Below are positions 9,986-19,561 of a DNA stretch of 64,000 nt, piece by piece. The notes under the pieces are model-generated. The model was not told the DNA's origin. It ran no database searches and saw only the letters and a program-made list of their open reading frames with translations. This stretch comes from an uncultured bacterium (GTDB lineage: Bacteria > Verrucomicrobiota > Verrucomicrobiia > Limisphaerales > UBA8199), in NCBI GenBank assembly GCA_963749495.1, contig CAVVMW010000015.1, forward strand, positions 462,777 through 526,776. The letters run 5' to 3'. Positions within the stretch are counted from its first letter, which is position 1. Each line of letters opens with the position of its first letter. The translations under genes and the position numbers were made by a program.

Positions 9986-10621
9986 TTATTTCTTCTTGTC
10001 GGCCTTCTTGTCGGTCTGCTTTTCCGGGGCTTTGACGGTCGGAGCCGGTGCAGCGGCGTTGAGTTGGTCCAGGATGGCCTGAGTGATGTCGTTTTCGGCG
10101 GTGTGATAGAGGACGATGGGGACGAGGCTGTTGGCGCTGACGCCGGCGACGTCCAGGACCAGGGAGTAGCCAGCGGCCTTGGCCTTGGCCTCCAGCACGG
10201 CGCGGATCTCCTCGATAACCTTGTCATGGACGCGTTGCTTTTGGTCCGCGTAGCGGGTTTGGGCTGAGCGCTCATATTCGGTGAGAGCGTCTTCGGATCG
10301 CTTGAGCAACTTGAGTTTGTCCTCGGCCAGTTTCTTGCGGCGCTCCCGTTCCTCGCTGGAGAATTTCTGGTCGTTGGCGCTGCCCAGGGCGTCCTGGTAT
10401 TCGTCCTTGAGCTTCTTCCATTCATTGACCATCGAGGTGTGCTCTTTCTCCAGGTCGGCCGCTTGGCCATCCAGGGCCGCTTTGGCCTCTATCGTCTTGT
10501 AATAACCATCAAAGAGCGCCTTCATGTCCACGGTGGCGATGCGGCCCTGGGCCCAGGCCGAGGCGCTCAGAAGCACCGCCAACAACAAACCCGTTGCCAC
10601 TTTGCTCAAGAGAGTTCTCAT
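9986..10621 (-). CDS. skp: OmpH/Skp periplasmic chaperone
   Basis: Signal peptide, IATVD, coiled coil, GYSLVLD, DITQAIL. Confidence 0.85.
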   Translation of the reverse strand: MRTLLSKVATGLLLAVLLSASAWAQGRIATVDMKALFDGYYKTIEAKAALDGQAADLEKEHTSMVNEWKKLKDEYQDALGSANDQKFSSEERERRKKLAEDKLKLLKRSEDALTEYERSAQTRYADQKQRVHDKVIEEIRAVLEAKAKAAGYSLVLDVAGVSANSLVPIVLYHTAENDITQAILDQLNAAAPAPTVKAPEKQTDKKADKKK

Positions 10622-10740
10622 GGCCCTAGGAAAACAGAATCCGGCGCCCGCGCCAACTCAAAATTCACAATTCACGCCAGTCTTCGGATTGAACGCAATT
10701 CCTGGTTTTCATGTCCATCGCACAGTAATATTGCTGAATC

Positions 10741-11730
10741 ATGAATACGGGATTGAGCGGCCTTAACCAGGCGGTCCAGGAGGCTGGGGCGTTTGTGCGC
10801 CCGCTCTTCAATGAATTGGGCAAGGTCATTGTCGGCCAGACCTACCTGGTCGAGCGGTTGGTCATCGGTTTGCTGGCCAACGGCCACGTGCTGCTGGAGG
10901 GCGTGCCGGGCCTGGCCAAGACGCTCTCGGTCAAATCGCTGGCCAACTGCCTCAACGTGAAATTCGCCCGGCTGCAATTCACGCCCGACATGCTCCCGGC
11001 CGACGTGGTGGGGACGCAAATCTACAACCCGCAGTCCGGGGCATTCACGACGCGCCGCGGCCCGATCTTCGCCAACCTGGTGCTGGCGGACGAAATCAAC
11101 CGCGCCCCGGCCAAGGTGCAAAGCGCCCTGCTGGAGGCCATGCAGGAGAAACAGGTCACCATCGGCGAGCACACCTTCGTGCTGGAGGAGCCGTTCCTGG
11201 TGCTGGCCACTCAGAACCCCATCGAGCAGGAGGGCACCTACCCGCTGCCCGAGGCGCAGGTCGATCGCTTCATGCTCAAGCTCAAGATCGGTTACCCCTC
11301 CCGCGCCGAGGAGCGGCAGATCCTGGACCTGATGGCCCGCACCACCGGCACTCCCACCACCGGCCCCGTGGTCGAGCCCAAGCAGATCCTCAACGCCCGC
11401 CAGGTCATCAACGACATTTACGTGGACGACAAGGTCAAGGAATACATCGTGGACCTGGTCTGCGCAACGCGCGACCCCGAGGCGTACAAGATCCAGGTCA
11501 AGGACTTCATCCAACTGGGCGCCTCGCCCCGCGCCACCATCGCCCTGACCCTGTCGGCCAAGGCCTATGCCTTCCTGCGCGGCCGCGGCTATGTCACCCC
11601 CCAGGACGTCAAAAGCATCGGCATGGACGTCCTCCGCCACCGCGTCGCCATCACCTACGAGGCCGAGGCCGAAGAGAAAACCAGCGAGACGATCATCCAA
11701 AAGATCTTCGACGAATTACCCGTGCCCTGA
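10741..11730 (+). CDS. moxR: MoxR family AAA+ ATPase
   Basis: LLEGVPGLAKT, RLQFTPDMLPAD, LADEINRAPAKVQSALLEAM, ATQNPIEQEGTYPLPEAQVDRF. Confidence 0.95.
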   Translation: MNTGLSGLNQAVQEAGAFVRPLFNELGKVIVGQTYLVERLVIGLLANGHVLLEGVPGLAKTLSVKSLANCLNVKFARLQFTPDMLPADVVGTQIYNPQSGAFTTRRGPIFANLVLADEINRAPAKVQSALLEAMQEKQVTIGEHTFVLEEPFLVLATQNPIEQEGTYPLPEAQVDRFMLKLKIGYPSRAEERQILDLMARTTGTPTTGPVVEPKQILNARQVINDIYVDDKVKEYIVDLVCATRDPEAYKIQVKDFIQLGASPRATIALTLSAKAYAFLRGRGYVTPQDVKSIGMDVLRHRVAITYEAEAEEKTSETIIQKIFDELPVP

Positions 11731-11820
11731 GCGCGTCGGCGGGGCGCGTGTTGGAGACCCTCTATGACTTGGAGTACAGGCATTGCGAGCATGGACCGGA
11801 CGGGCGCCGCCCGGCGCGAT

Positions 11821-11903
11821 GCGTTTTGGACTGCGCCAGTCTTCTGGCGCTTTCGCGTCCCCAGGGTCCGAAAAGCGCCAGAGGACTGGCGCAGTCCAAA
11901 ACC
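11821..11903. repeat. REP-like palindrome (GGACTGCGCCAGTC family)
   Basis: TTTTGGACTGCGCCAGTCTTCTGGCGCTTT...AAAGCGCCAGAGGACTGGCGCAGTCCAAAA; related copy at 47570-47652. Confidence 0.8.
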
Positions 11904-11951
11904 TTGCGGGTTGCGCGGCGGTTCATGGAGGAGTCAGACAAAGTGAAGTTC

Positions 11952-12013
11952 CATTCGTCATTCGTCATTCGTCATTGGCCATTCCGCACTCCGCGCTTTG
12001 CACTGCGCACTCC
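11952..12013 (+). repeat. Heptamer array (CATTCGT)n-(GCACTCC-like)n abutting the DUF58 start
   Basis: Read directly; ends 1 nt before ATG 12015. Confidence 0.85.
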
Positions 12014-12014
12014 C

Positions 12015-12971
12015 ATGATCCCTCGTGAGATCCTCAAGAAGATCCGCCAGATCGAGATCCGCACCAACCGGCTGGTGAGCGAGACCTTGGCCGGCCAATA
12101 CCATAGCGTCTTCAAGGGGCAGGGCATGAATTTCGACGAGGTCCGGGAGTATCAACCCGGGGACGAGGTCCGGACGATCGATTGGAACGTCACCGCCCGG
12201 ATGAGCCATCCCTTCGTCAAGAAGTTCGTCGAGGAGCGCGAGTTGACGCTGATGCTGTTGGTGGACGTGAGCGGGTCGGGGCTGTTCGGCTCGCGCGAGC
12301 AGTCCAAGCGCGAACTGGCCGCCGAGATAGCCTCGGTGCTGGCCTTCTCCGCCATCCGCAACAACGACAAGGTCGGCCTGCTCCTGTTCAGCGATGGCGT
12401 CGAGAAGTTCATTCCTCCGCGCAAGGGGCGCCGGCACGTCCTGCGGGTGATCCGGGAAGTCCTCTTCTTCACGCCCAGACGCCGGGGGACCGACCTGAAC
12501 GCGGCGCTGGAGTTCCTGATGCGGGTGACGCCGCACCGGGCCATCGCGGTCATCATCTCGGATTTCATCGGGTCGCCGGCGGTCGCCTCCCGCTCGAGCC
12601 CCGGCCGACTGCGGCCGCAAATGATGCTCCTGGAGTCGCTGGCCCAGGCCTCGGTGAGCCTGCTGCGGCAGGCCAACCGCCGCCACGACGTGGTGGCGGT
12701 GCAGATCGCCGACCGCTACGAGCTGGAGCTGCCCGCCCTGGGCCGGTTGGTGCTCGATGACGCCGAGACCGGGGAGGTCGTCGAGGTGAACACCGGCGAC
12801 CCGTCCAAGCGAGCCGCCTTCGCACAGCGCCAGGCCCGCGCCCGGGCGGACCTGGTCCGGCTCTTCCGCTCCATGGGCATAGATGCCATCCAGTTGGAGA
12901 CCGATCGCCCCTACGGCGTCGAGTTGGCCCGGTTCTTCGAGACGCGCGAAAAACGGAGGTTGCGCGGATGA
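12015..12971 (+). CDS. DUF58 family protein (MoxR-associated, vWA-like)
   Basis: MIPREILKKIRQIEI, FKGQGMNFDEVREYQPGD, IDWNVTAR, VDVSGS. Confidence 0.92.
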   Translation: MIPREILKKIRQIEIRTNRLVSETLAGQYHSVFKGQGMNFDEVREYQPGDEVRTIDWNVTARMSHPFVKKFVEERELTLMLLVDVSGSGLFGSREQSKRELAAEIASVLAFSAIRNNDKVGLLLFSDGVEKFIPPRKGRRHVLRVIREVLFFTPRRRGTDLNAALEFLMRVTPHRAIAVIISDFIGSPAVASRSSPGRLRPQMMLLESLAQASVSLLRQANRRHDVVAVQIADRYELELPALGRLVLDDAETGEVVEVNTGDPSKRAAFAQRQARARADLVRLFRSMGIDAIQLETDRPYGVELARFFETREKRRLRG

Positions 12972-13948
12972 AGAGTCCACAGTCCACAGTCCACAGTCCA
13001 TCCACCCTCCGTAGCAGAGCTACTGCGGAGGACGGGCAGTCCACAGTCCGGAGATCAGATTTCAGGTCCCGCATTTCAAATTTCAAGGCCCGCAGTCCAC
13101 AGTCACGGCTGGCGGCGGCTGCGGCGGCGCTGGGACCGGGGACAAATGAGTTGCGGGACATCAAACCGCCGGTCGAAATCCCCAGCGGCTGGGCGTGGGT
13201 CTGGTGGGCGTTGGCGGCGCTGGCCATCGCCGCGCTGCTATTCTGGGCCTGGCGCCGCTGGCAACGGCGGCGCGCGCAGGTCCCGCCCGTGCCGGTCATC
13301 CCGCCCCATGTCCGGGCCAAACTGAAACTCCTGGAGGCCCTGGCACTCATCGAGCGGCCCCTCGAGTTTTGCACCCTGGTTTCCGACACCATCAGGCTTT
13401 ATCTGGAAGAACGCTTCGATTTCCACGCGCCCGAGCGCACTACGGAGGAGTTCCTCTACGAACTGCAAGGGACGCGCCTGTTGACCGATGCGCAGAAGCA
13501 GAGCCTGGGGCAATTTCTCCAGCGCTGCGACCTGGTCAAGTTCGCCCGCTACGAGCCGGGCCAGCCCGAGTTGCGAGACCTGCACGCCGCCGCACTGCAG
13601 TTGGTCGAGGAGACCGAGCCCGTGGTCCAGCAACCCGGCCCCGGCGCAGGCGCAGACCCCATGGCGGGGGCTCCGCCGAAACGCCCTGAGGACCTCGGAA
13701 GCTCCATCGAAATACAGAGGCGCGAACAGCCCGGGCCGGTAGAGCCGGAGATCCGCAATGCGAAACAATCCTCATGCCGACCCGCCTGCGCCACGCGAGA
13801 TGAACGTGCCAGGGACAAAAGCGACCAAAGGGACAAAAGGGACGCAATGGCGTCGAGGCCCCGACAGCCCTGGAAATGCCTTCTTCGTCATTCGTCATTC
13901 GTCATTCGTCATTCCGCACTCTGCACTCCGCACTCTGCACTTAGATGA
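12968..13948 (+). CDS. DUF4381-like membrane protein of the Bat operon with repeat-derived N- and C-terminal extensions
   Basis: Core LRDIKPPVEIP-TM-...ERTTEEFL...CDLVKFA; the termini translate heptamer arrays (SPQSTVH, RHSSFVI); ATGA overlaps at both ends. Confidence 0.75.
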   Translation: MKSPQSTVHSPSTLRSRATAEDGQSTVRRSDFRSRISNFKARSPQSRLAAAAAALGPGTNELRDIKPPVEIPSGWAWVWWALAALAIAALLFWAWRRWQRRRAQVPPVPVIPPHVRAKLKLLEALALIERPLEFCTLVSDTIRLYLEERFDFHAPERTTEEFLYELQGTRLLTDAQKQSLGQFLQRCDLVKFARYEPGQPELRDLHAAALQLVEETEPVVQQPGPGAGADPMAGAPPKRPEDLGSSIEIQRREQPGPVEPEIRNAKQSSCRPACATRDERARDKSDQRDKRDAMASRPRQPWKCLLRHSSFVIRHSALCTPHSALR

Positions 13949-14946
13949 CCTTCGCCCACCCATGGTTTCTGCTGCTGCTGCCGGTCCTGCCGGTGCTGGC
14001 GTGGCTCAAAGGCAAGCGGGGGCGCCCGCCGGCGTTCGTCTATTCCTCCGTGCAACTGGCGCGCGGGATTCTCAACGTGACCCAGAGCCGCTCCGGAGGT
14101 TTTCTGGCCGCCCTGCGGTGGCTCGTCCTGGCGCTGCTCATCATGGCCCTGGCCCAGCCGCGCCTGACCCGGAGCGAGACCCAAGTCAAGGCCAGCGGCG
14201 TGGACATCGTGGTCGCCCTGGACATGTCCGCCAGCATGGCCTCCGAGGATTTCGAGGTCGGGCGCAACCGGCTGAGCCGGCTGGCAATGGCAAAAGAGGT
14301 TTTGAAGCAGTTCATCGGCAAACGGCCCAGCGACCGCATTGGCCTCGTGGTGTTTGCGACCCAGGCCTACATCGCCTCGCCCCTGACCCTGGACCATGAT
14401 TTCCTGCTCGAGAACATCGAGCGCCTCGAATTGGGCGCCATCGACGACTCCTCGACCGCCATCGGCTCCGCCCTGAGCACCGCTATCAATCGCCTGCGCG
14501 AACTCAAGTCCAAGACCAAGCTTGTCATCCTCATGACCGACGGCCAGAATAACGCCGGCAAGATAGCCCCGCTCACCGCCGCCGAGGCCGCCAAAGCCCT
14601 CAAGGTCAAGGCCTATACCATCGGCGTCGGCATGCGCGGCATGGCCCCCATGCCCAAATTCGATCAATTCCACCGCAAACTCGGTTATCGGATGGAGCCG
14701 GTGGACATCGATGAAGACACCCTGCAACACATCGCCCACATGACCGGCGGAAAATACTACCGCGCCGACAACTCGCAAAGGTTCCAGGCCATTTACACCG
14801 AGATCGACCAGTTGGAAAAGACCGAGGCGGACATCAAGAAGTACGCGCATCACGACGAACTGTTTGCCTGGATGATCGCGCCCGGGTTGGGTCTGCTCTT
14901 GCTGGAGACCCTCCTGCGCCACACCCTCTTCCGGAGGCTGCCGTGA
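13945..14946 (+). CDS. batA: vWA domain protein BatA
   Basis: MTFAHPWFLLLL, LAQP, MIDAS DMSASM, DRIGLVVF, ILMTDGQNNAG. Confidence 0.88.
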   Translation: MTFAHPWFLLLLPVLPVLAWLKGKRGRPPAFVYSSVQLARGILNVTQSRSGGFLAALRWLVLALLIMALAQPRLTRSETQVKASGVDIVVALDMSASMASEDFEVGRNRLSRLAMAKEVLKQFIGKRPSDRIGLVVFATQAYIASPLTLDHDFLLENIERLELGAIDDSSTAIGSALSTAINRLRELKSKTKLVILMTDGQNNAGKIAPLTAAEAAKALKVKAYTIGVGMRGMAPMPKFDQFHRKLGYRMEPVDIDEDTLQHIAHMTGGKYYRADNSQRFQAIYTEIDQLEKTEADIKKYAHHDELFAWMIAPGLGLLLLETLLRHTLFRRLP

Positions 14947-14951
14947 GGATT

Positions 14952-15244
14952 AGTCCACAGTCCAGAGTCCACAGCCCGGACCAGTCCACAGTCCAGAGTC
15001 CACAGTCCACAGTCCAAAGTCCCGAAGTCAGATTTCAGATCCGAGGTTGCAAATTCCAGATTCAAGAGAACGCACCCTGCATCGCTCATTCGTCATTCGT
15101 CATTCGTCATTCGTCATTCCGCACTCCGCACTCCGCATTCCGCACTCGATTCATTCGTCATTCGTCATTCCGCACTCCGCACTCCGCATTCCGCACTCGA
15201 TTCATTCGTCATTCCGCACTCCGAACTCCCCACTCCGCACTGAG
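14952..15244 (+). repeat. Composite heptamer array (AGTCCAC)n / (CATTCGT)n / (GCACTCC)n filling the batA-batB junction
   Basis: Read directly; includes a ~50-bp higher-order tandem duplication. Confidence 0.9.
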
Positions 15245-16300
15245 ATGACCTTCGCCCACCCTCAGATCCTCTGGCTGCTGCTGGTGTTTCCGCCGGCGCT
15301 GCTTGGCTTTTTCTGGTGGTCTTGGCGCCGGCGCCAGGAGTTGAGGACTCGATTCATTCAGGGGCGCCTGTTGCCGGGGCTGATCGTCGGCTTCTCGGCC
15401 ACGCGCCAGAAGGTCCGCCTGGGCTGCGTGGTCCTGGCCGTCGTGTGCCTGGTCCTGGCATTGGCCCGGCCGCAATGGGGCTACGACTGGATGGAGGCCA
15501 AGGTGCGTGGGTTGGACATCGTGGTGGCCATCGACACCTCCAAGAGCATGCTGGCCGAGGACATTGCGCCCAACCGGCTGGCACGGGCCAAGCTGGCCGC
15601 CCTGGACTTGATGCAGCGCGCCCGAACCGACCGCCTCGGCCTGGTCGCCTTCGCCGGCTCGGCCTTCCTCCAATGCCCGCTGACCATCGACGACTCCGCC
15701 TTCCGTCAGGGGGTCGAGTTGCTCAGCGTGAACACCATTCCCCAGGGCGGCACCGCCCTGGCCGAGGCGATCGATACCGCCTTGACCGCCTTCAAAGAGC
15801 AAGACAATTACAAGGTCCTGGTCCTGTTGAGCGACGGCGAAGACCATGATTCGGGCGCGGTCGAGGCCGCCAGGCGGGCGGCCGCCGCCGGCCTGCGCAT
15901 CTACACCATCGGCATCGGCACCGCCGCAGGCGAAATCCTCCGCGTCAAGGACCCCAACGGCAACCTCGATTACATCCGCGATGAGCAGGGCAACGCCGTC
16001 AAATCGCGCTTGGACGAAAAGCTCTTGCAGGAAATCGCCGGCGCCACCGAAGGCGGCTTCTACCTGCCGCTGCGCGGAGCCAAGGTCATCGACACCCTTT
16101 ACGACCAATGGCTGGCCAAATTGCCCAAGTCCGAACACCAGGAGAAGTTCGTCCGGCGCTACCACGAACGTTACCACTGGCCGCTGGCCCTGGCGCTTGC
16201 CCTGCTGCTGGTCGAAACCCTTCTCCCCGAACGCAAACGGCGCGCCGCAGCACAGGCCGCGGTCCAGCCGGCGGTCGGGGTTGAGGCGGTGAAACGTTAA
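15245..16300 (+). CDS. batB: vWA domain protein BatB
   Basis: MTFAHPQILWLL, LARPQWG, DTSKSMLAEDIAPNRL, LLSDGEDH. Confidence 0.88.
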   Translation: MTFAHPQILWLLLVFPPALLGFFWWSWRRRQELRTRFIQGRLLPGLIVGFSATRQKVRLGCVVLAVVCLVLALARPQWGYDWMEAKVRGLDIVVAIDTSKSMLAEDIAPNRLARAKLAALDLMQRARTDRLGLVAFAGSAFLQCPLTIDDSAFRQGVELLSVNTIPQGGTALAEAIDTALTAFKEQDNYKVLVLLSDGEDHDSGAVEAARRAAAAGLRIYTIGIGTAAGEILRVKDPNGNLDYIRDEQGNAVKSRLDEKLLQEIAGATEGGFYLPLRGAKVIDTLYDQWLAKLPKSEHQEKFVRRYHERYHWPLALALALLLVETLLPERKRRAAAQAAVQPAVGVEAVKR

Positions 16301-16314
16301 AGCACATTAAGGCC

Positions 16315-17337
16315 GTGCAAGAACACGAATCGGAAGAATCCACAGGCAGATTGAAAACTGCAAAGTGCAAAGTGCAAAGTGCAAAGTGCGGCCGGAGGCC
16401 TATGACCGGCTGCACCAATTTTCAATTTTCAATTTCTTTTCCGCGTCGTGTGTCTGGTTCTGGCTGCGCCTGCCTGCTCCTCCTGCCGGCCCTGCTCCTG
16501 TGGCCCGGCTCAATTCTCGGCTCTCCAGCCGGCGCCCTGCGGGAATACAAGAGCGGGCAGTACGAGCAGGCGCTCAAGGAGTACCAACGTTTGCTCCAGC
16601 GCAAGGGGGACGACCCGCGTCTGCGTTACAATGCGGGCGCGGCTGCCTATCGCAACCGCCAATTCGACGAAGCCGCCAAACAGCTTGAGGAGGCCCTCAA
16701 CGCTTCCGACCCGCGGCTCCTGGAACGGGCTTACTACAACCGCGGCAATACCCTCTACTACCTCGGGGAACAGGCCCCCGACCCCTCCAAACGCACCGAG
16801 ACCTGGCAGAAATCGCTCCAGGACTTCCAGAACACTCTCAAGCTCAACCCGCAGGACCAGGACGCCAAATTCAACCTCGAGTTCGTGAAGAAGAAGCTCG
16901 AAGAACTCAAACAGCAGCAGCAGCAATCCCAGCAGAACAAGTCCGACCAGCAGCAAAACCAGGATCAGCAGCAGCGACAGCAGCAGGACCAAAGCCAGAA
17001 GCAAAACAAGGATCAGCAGCAGCAACAACAGGCCCAAGAGCAGAAGCCCGATCAATCCCAGCAACAGCAGGCGCAGCAGCCCAAGCAAGACGACCAGAAG
17101 AAACAGCAGGCCGCCCAATCCGACGAACAGAAGAAGGAGCAGCAGGCCAAACAATCCTCCGCCCAGCCCAAGGAATCCGATCAAAAGCCGCCGCAGGAGG
17201 CGGCCACTCCCGCCGGCCAGATGACACCGGAGCAGGCCGCGCAGTTGCTCGATTCCCAGAAGGGCGAAGAGATGATGCTCCCTGCCAATCCCAAAGGCAA
17301 ACCTGCCGACCGCGCCCGGCCGCGCAAGGACTGGTAG
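16315..17337 (+). CDS. batC: TPR protein BatC with Gln-rich tail (start uncertain, possibly 16402)
   Basis: YNAGAAAY, YYNRGNTLY, DAKFNLE TPR motifs, poly-Q linker, MTPEQAAQLL...KDW end. Confidence 0.8.
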   Translation: MQEHESEESTGRLKTAKCKVQSAKCGRRPMTGCTNFQFSISFPRRVSGSGCACLLLLPALLLWPGSILGSPAGALREYKSGQYEQALKEYQRLLQRKGDDPRLRYNAGAAAYRNRQFDEAAKQLEEALNASDPRLLERAYYNRGNTLYYLGEQAPDPSKRTETWQKSLQDFQNTLKLNPQDQDAKFNLEFVKKKLEELKQQQQQSQQNKSDQQQNQDQQQRQQQDQSQKQNKDQQQQQQAQEQKPDQSQQQQAQQPKQDDQKKQQAAQSDEQKKEQQAKQSSAQPKESDQKPPQEAATPAGQMTPEQAAQLLDSQKGEEMMLPANPKGKPADRARPRKDW

Positions 17338-17372
17338 CCGCGAATCCTCTGAGTTATAATTGGCAATAGAGT

Positions 17373-18302
17373 ATGACCCGACCCAAGCCGTACCGGCCGC
17401 CGCAAGTTCGCCCGCCCCTGCCGCGCTCGTTCAAGGACTTCACCCCGGCCAAGCACTTCAATCCTCGCACCTTCTTCCGCGAGATGGTCTGGAAGGCCCT
17501 GCTGACCCGGCGCACCGGCACCCAACGGCGTCCCCTCTTCCCAAGGCTGACGACCGGCCAGGTGGCCATCACCTGGATTGGGCATGCCTCGTTCCTCGTC
17601 CAGTTCACCGACCTCAATGTGCTCATCGATCCGAATTTTGCCAACTGGCTGTTCCTGCTCAAGCGGATCAAACGCTCCGGCCTGCGCCTCAAAGACCTGC
17701 CCCCCATCGACCTGGTCCTGCTCACCCACGCCCATTTCGACCATTTTCACAAGCCGACCCTCCGCCGCCTGCCCCATCCCAAAATCGCCGTCATGCCCTG
17801 GGGCACGGGCGACCTGGCCTACAACCTGGGCTTCGGACGCATCGTCGAGCTGGAGTGGTGGGAAAGTTTCAAGCACCGGGACTGGACGGTGACGCTGACG
17901 CCCTGCAAGCACTGGGGGGCGCGCATCCTGCGCGACAACCACCGCGGCTATGGGGGCTTCGTCCTGGAGCACCAGGGCCGCAGCATCTATCACGCCGGCG
18001 ACAGCGCCTACTTCGATGGGTTCAAGGAGATCGGCAAGAGTTGCGCCCCGGAGATTGCCCTCTTGCCCATCGGCGCCTACCACCCCGAGTCCTTTCGCCG
18101 CGTCCACATGGGGCCCGACGAAGCCCTCCGGGTCTTCAAAGACCTCCGCGCCCAATGGCTGGTCCCCATGCATTACGGGGCCTTCCGCCTCTCCTTCGAG
18201 GACATGGACGAGCCGCCCCGATGGCTGCGGCAATTGGCCGATGAGCAGGGCCTGACCCGCAAACTGAAGTTCCTCGTCGAGGGCCTGCCGCAGGTGTTTT
18301 AG
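17373..18302 (+). CDS. MBL-fold metallo-hydrolase (RomA/NAPE-PLD-like)
   Basis: TWIGHAS, THAHFDH, YHAGDSAY, LPIGAY, PMHYGAF. Confidence 0.88.
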   Translation: MTRPKPYRPPQVRPPLPRSFKDFTPAKHFNPRTFFREMVWKALLTRRTGTQRRPLFPRLTTGQVAITWIGHASFLVQFTDLNVLIDPNFANWLFLLKRIKRSGLRLKDLPPIDLVLLTHAHFDHFHKPTLRRLPHPKIAVMPWGTGDLAYNLGFGRIVELEWWESFKHRDWTVTLTPCKHWGARILRDNHRGYGGFVLEHQGRSIYHAGDSAYFDGFKEIGKSCAPEIALLPIGAYHPESFRRVHMGPDEALRVFKDLRAQWLVPMHYGAFRLSFEDMDEPPRWLRQLADEQGLTRKLKFLVEGLPQVF

Positions 18303-18454
18303 ACATTGGTGTGACGGGAGCCGGAGGCCGGGGACCCCAGTCAGACGCGTCGGACGGGTCCGACGGGTCAGACGGGTCGGACTGGACCACCAGGGGTTAC
18401 TCTGTGTGCTTTGTTCCCTTTGTTTGCTTCTGTTAATTTTTTTAGAGTATCTGC

Positions 18455-18510
18455 TTGACTCCCCAAGGGGTGGGGCGCTACGCTCGGGCTGACTACTATT
18501 AGAAGTAGTC
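18455..18510 (+). promoter_or_regulatory. Putative sigma70 promoter and palindromic operator upstream of nrdR
   Basis: TTGACT-18nt-TACGCT, followed by inverted repeat GACTACT-ATTAGA-AGTAGTC (18491-18510). Confidence 0.5.
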
Positions 18511-18523
18511 TGGTTTTGTCCAT

Positions 18524-18979
18524 ATGCGATGCCCCAAATGCGGCTGTCTGGACAACAGAGTGGTGGACTCGCGCGCGTCGCGCGAAGGGGCGACGATTCG
18601 GCGACGGCGGGAGTGCATCTCCTGCGGGTTTCGCTTCACGACCTACGAAGAGATCGAGCGCACGGGCCTGCTGGTGCTCAAGCGGGACGGGCGGCGCGAG
18701 GAATTCTCGAAGGAAAAACTGCTCCAGGGGATGAAGAAGGCCTGCCAGAAGCGCCCGATCAGCCAGAAGGTCATCGAGGACCTGATCGAGAAGATTGTCA
18801 ATGAGGTGACCGACCACTATGAGCGGGAGGTCCCGGCGGAGGAACTGGGCCGGCAGGTCATGGAGGGGCTGCGCCAGATTGACCAGGTGGCTTACGTGCG
18901 GTTCGCCAGCGTGTACCGGCGTTTCCAGGAGGCCACGGACTTCGTTCACGAGGTCAGGAAGCTGGAGGGCAAACAATGA
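18524..18979 (+). CDS. nrdR: Transcriptional repressor NrdR
   Basis: MRCPKC, VVDSR, IRRRRECISCGFRFTTYE, ATP-cone, VAYVRFASVY. Confidence 0.97.
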   Translation: MRCPKCGCLDNRVVDSRASREGATIRRRRECISCGFRFTTYEEIERTGLLVLKRDGRREEFSKEKLLQGMKKACQKRPISQKVIEDLIEKIVNEVTDHYEREVPAEELGRQVMEGLRQIDQVAYVRFASVYRRFQEATDFVHEVRKLEGKQ

Positions 18980-19527
18980 TCGCCCTTGCCTCGGACTGTC
19001 TGCTCTTCGAAATGGCCAACGGGGAGAGCCTGCCGCTCTCGGCATCGATGATTTCTGTGGAGTTGATGGGCCAGGCTGCAGGGTGGTTCGACCCGGAGTT
19101 CGTCGGGCACGCCGCCAACGCAGTGTTTCATTATTTCAAGCAGGGCTTGGGCCGCAAGACTGTGACCCTAAGCGAATTTGCGCATGCCCTGGAGAAGGTG
19201 CTGCGGGGATTCAAAACCCCGGGGGCCGCCGGCTCCCCTGTCGAGGGCGGTGTAGTGGAATCCGATCTGTGCCGGCTGGCGCATGAATCCGGCGAAGGCC
19301 GCGAGCTATTCTTCTTTGCGCTGCTGCGGGAGGAACTGCGGCAGCGCCTCAAGGGCGCGCCCCGCATCGTGCGCTTCAGCGGCCTGCGCCCATGCGTGAT
19401 GCAGCTTGCCGGCGCGCGCCGCTGGAGCGCCCGATGCCGGAGCCTCAAGGACCAGATCCTGCTCTACCTCCGGGGCTGCCTCAGCGCCGAGGGCTCCCAG
19501 GAGGAACTTTCCCTGGTGGTCCAGTAG
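18976..19527 (+). CDS. Hypothetical protein coupled to nrdR
   Basis: 183-aa ORF with ATGA overlap on the nrdR stop. Confidence 0.7.
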   Translation: MIALASDCLLFEMANGESLPLSASMISVELMGQAAGWFDPEFVGHAANAVFHYFKQGLGRKTVTLSEFAHALEKVLRGFKTPGAAGSPVEGGVVESDLCRLAHESGEGRELFFFALLREELRQRLKGAPRIVRFSGLRPCVMQLAGARRWSARCRSLKDQILLYLRGCLSAEGSQEELSLVVQ

Positions 19528-19561
19528 CCGCTTGACCCTGAGAGCCGCCGCTCAACCTCGG

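Noticed and set aside
14952..15244. CRISPR array
   Set aside because: Contiguous 7-mer tandem units without unique spacers; no cas genes in the window.
16910..17170. CAG-rich repeat as a special element
   Set aside because: Ordinary Gln-rich linker typical of BatC-like proteins.
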